From IMG/VR virus record IMGVR_UViG_3300014658_000007, positions 1 to 41,308 of that record: a DNA stretch of 41,308 nt; one strand, 5' to 3'. The position numbers were made by a program, and so were the translations under genes. Positions 40,064 to 41,308 of the stretch are shown here, in pieces (the stretch's first letter is position 1; every line of letters begins with the position of its first letter). Source of the stretch: a virus (taxonomy: Duplodnaviria; Caudoviricetes). The notes below the pieces were generated by a model. It saw only the letters and a list, made by a program, of their open reading frames with translations, searched no databases and was not told the origin of the DNA.

Positions 40064-40558
40064 ATGCGCAAAACGGTTGAGAAGACCATCGACGGCTGCC
40101 GGTACCGCTGCACGCAGTTCGGCACGCTGACGGCTCAAGAGCTACTGCTGCGGGCCCTGCCAGCCATCTCGCTGGCCTTCAGCAAGACGCTCGACGTGGC
40201 CACCGTGCGCCAGCTGCTCACCATGGTGACCAAGGACGACCTCACGTGGGCCATTGCCCAGGCCACCGCGGCCACGCAGGTGCTCGTGGTGGACGAGGCG
40301 GGCGCGCCGGACCCCAAGACGGGCCGCAAGCGCGCCAACTGGTTCCCCCTCGAGGGCCAGTACGACGAGCAGTTCGCCGGCAAGATGCTCAGTGCGTGGC
40401 CCGAGTGGGTGGCGTGGGTGCTGGAGGTGAACTTCGGGGACCATTTTTTAGGAAAAAGCCCCCAAGCCGCGCCGGCGGGGGCGACGGCTTCGTACGAGTC
40501 GAGCTCCCCGCCGGGTGCGACTGGCGGCATTGGCGACTCCTCACCAGCCCCCGCCTGA
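40064..40558 (+). CDS. Tail assembly chaperone
   Basis: Between tube and tape measure; YDEQFAG...WVLEVNFGD.F pattern. Confidence 0.8.
   Translation: MRKTVEKTIDGCRYRCTQFGTLTAQELLLRALPAISLAFSKTLDVATVRQLLTMVTKDDLTWAIAQATAATQVLVVDEAGAPDPKTGRKRANWFPLEGQYDEQFAGKMLSAWPEWVAWVLEVNFGDHFLGKSPQAAPAGATASYESSSPPGATGGIGDSSPAPA
40444..40450 (+). other. -1 programmed ribosomal frameshift slippery site T TTT TTA
   Basis: Correctly phased X XXY YYZ in the chaperone frame (CAT TTT TTA GGA AAA); the -1 frame is open to 40686. Confidence 0.75.
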
Positions 40559-40686
40559 AGGTGGGCTCACTCGCCGAGCTTGAGCGGGACTGGAGCTGCG
40601 ACGACGTGGACATGGCGCACGATGTACTGGACGCCCTTGAGTGGGCCGAGGCGCAAGGGCTCAAGGCAGCGAGGCAGCGGCCATGA
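40444..40686 (+). CDS. Frameshift extension of the tail assembly chaperone (gpGT-like)
   Basis: -1 frame encodes DWRHWRLL...SLAELERDWSCDDVDMAHDVLD and its stop overlaps the tape measure ATG. Confidence 0.7.
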   Translation, partial: FFRKKPPSRAGGGDGFVRVELPAGCDWRHWRLLTSPRLKVGSLAELERDWSCDDVDMAHDVLDALEWAEAQGLKAARQRP

Positions 40687-41308
40687 GCGCATTGCGGGAG
40701 CTGTTTGCCAAGTTCTTCGTGGAAGCCGACACGAAGGAACTCGAGCACGCTCACGAGAAGGTCGAAGGCTTCGCCGCCAAGCTCAAAGAGGTGGGCGAGG
40801 CCGTCGCCACGGCGTTCGCGTTCGAGAAGGTCAAGGAGTTCGTCGAGAGCCAGGTCGAGGCCGCGGCGCAGCTCAAGGACACCGCCACGCGCATCGGCAC
40901 CACCACCGACGAGCTGCAGGCCATGCAGCTGGCTGCGGGGCAGGCCGGGGTGAGCAACGAGGGGCTGGCCACGGCGCTGCGCTTCCTCAACCGCAACATG
41001 GCGGACGCCTCAAGCAAGGGCGGTGAGAGCGCCCAGGCTTTCCAGCAGCTCGGCGTGAGCATCAAGGACTCGAGCGGCAAGGCGCGCCCGGCGGGCGACG
41101 TCATGCAGGACCTGGCGGATGCCATCGCCAGCATCGACGACCCGGCGCGGCAGACGCAAGTGGCCATGAAGCTGCTCGGCAGGGGCGGCGCCGAGCTCAT
41201 CCCGCTGCTCAAGGAGGGCGGCAAAGCCTTCGAGGAAGCCCGCGAGCAGGCACAGGCGCTCGGTGGCGGCTTCTCCAACGAGTTCGTCCGCAGCGCCAAG
41301 GAGGCCGA
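40683..41308 (+). CDS. Tape measure protein (5' part, runs off the window)
   Basis: MSALRELFAKF...RIGTTTDELQ...AFQQLGVSIKDSSGKARP...MKLLGRGGAELIPLL; absent from the ORF track because there is no stop in the window. Confidence 0.9.
   Translation, partial: MSALRELFAKFFVEADTKELEHAHEKVEGFAAKLKEVGEAVATAFAFEKVKEFVESQVEAAAQLKDTATRIGTTTDELQAMQLAAGQAGVSNEGLATALRFLNRNMADASSKGGESAQAFQQLGVSIKDSSGKARPAGDVMQDLADAIASIDDPARQTQVAMKLLGRGGAELIPLLKEGGKAFEEAREQAQALGGGFSNEFVRSAKEA

Noticed and set aside
38323-40125. 600-aa - strand ORF, and similar long alternates such as 35752-36930 (+), 32923-34068 (-) and 6206-7258 (+)
   Set aside because: They overlap well-supported genes and have low-complexity shadow composition
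1-41308. Host assignment (a myxobacterial host is conceivable from GC content and the KGG protein) and temperate versus lytic lifestyle
   Set aside because: No integrase, att site, host flank or diagnostic marker is in the window, so neither can be supported

Overview
High-GC tailed-phage (or prophage) DNA with contractile-tail (myovirus-type) morphogenesis genes. No integrase, rRNA, tRNA or CRISPR array was recognised. Layout: (1) 1-2603 (+): early/regulatory genes, namely a YfdP/YfdQ(DUF2303) pair, a small Acb2/Tad1-like hairpin protein and a sigma-70 region-2 protein. (2) 23605->2600 (-): portal (DUF1073-type with a ParB-like extension), small virion proteins, a giant MuF/SPP1-gp7 minor head protein containing an intein, a ten-gene sugar synthesis/transfer cluster (Gmd, Fcl-like reductase, PerA-like aminotransferase, acetyltransferase, fucosyltransferase-like, two GT-A glycosyltransferases, three methyltransferases), then the terminase. 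(3) 23739->41308 (+): DUF2213 protease/scaffold, decoration protein, major capsid, adaptor, neck, fibre, terminator, sheath, tube, chaperone with a -1 frameshift and the start of the tape measure gene, interrupted by an antisense DNA-methyltransferase cassette. Most striking: the MuF intein has no in-frame endonuclease, but its opposite strand encodes an HTH-HTH/Vsr(DUF559)-like protein with its own -10 box and RBS, entirely inside the intein coding sequence. Also notable are the candidate virion-glycosylation pathway and a recurring CTANNTTCG motif in front of late genes. Family assignments come from motifs recognised by eye; no database searches were run.
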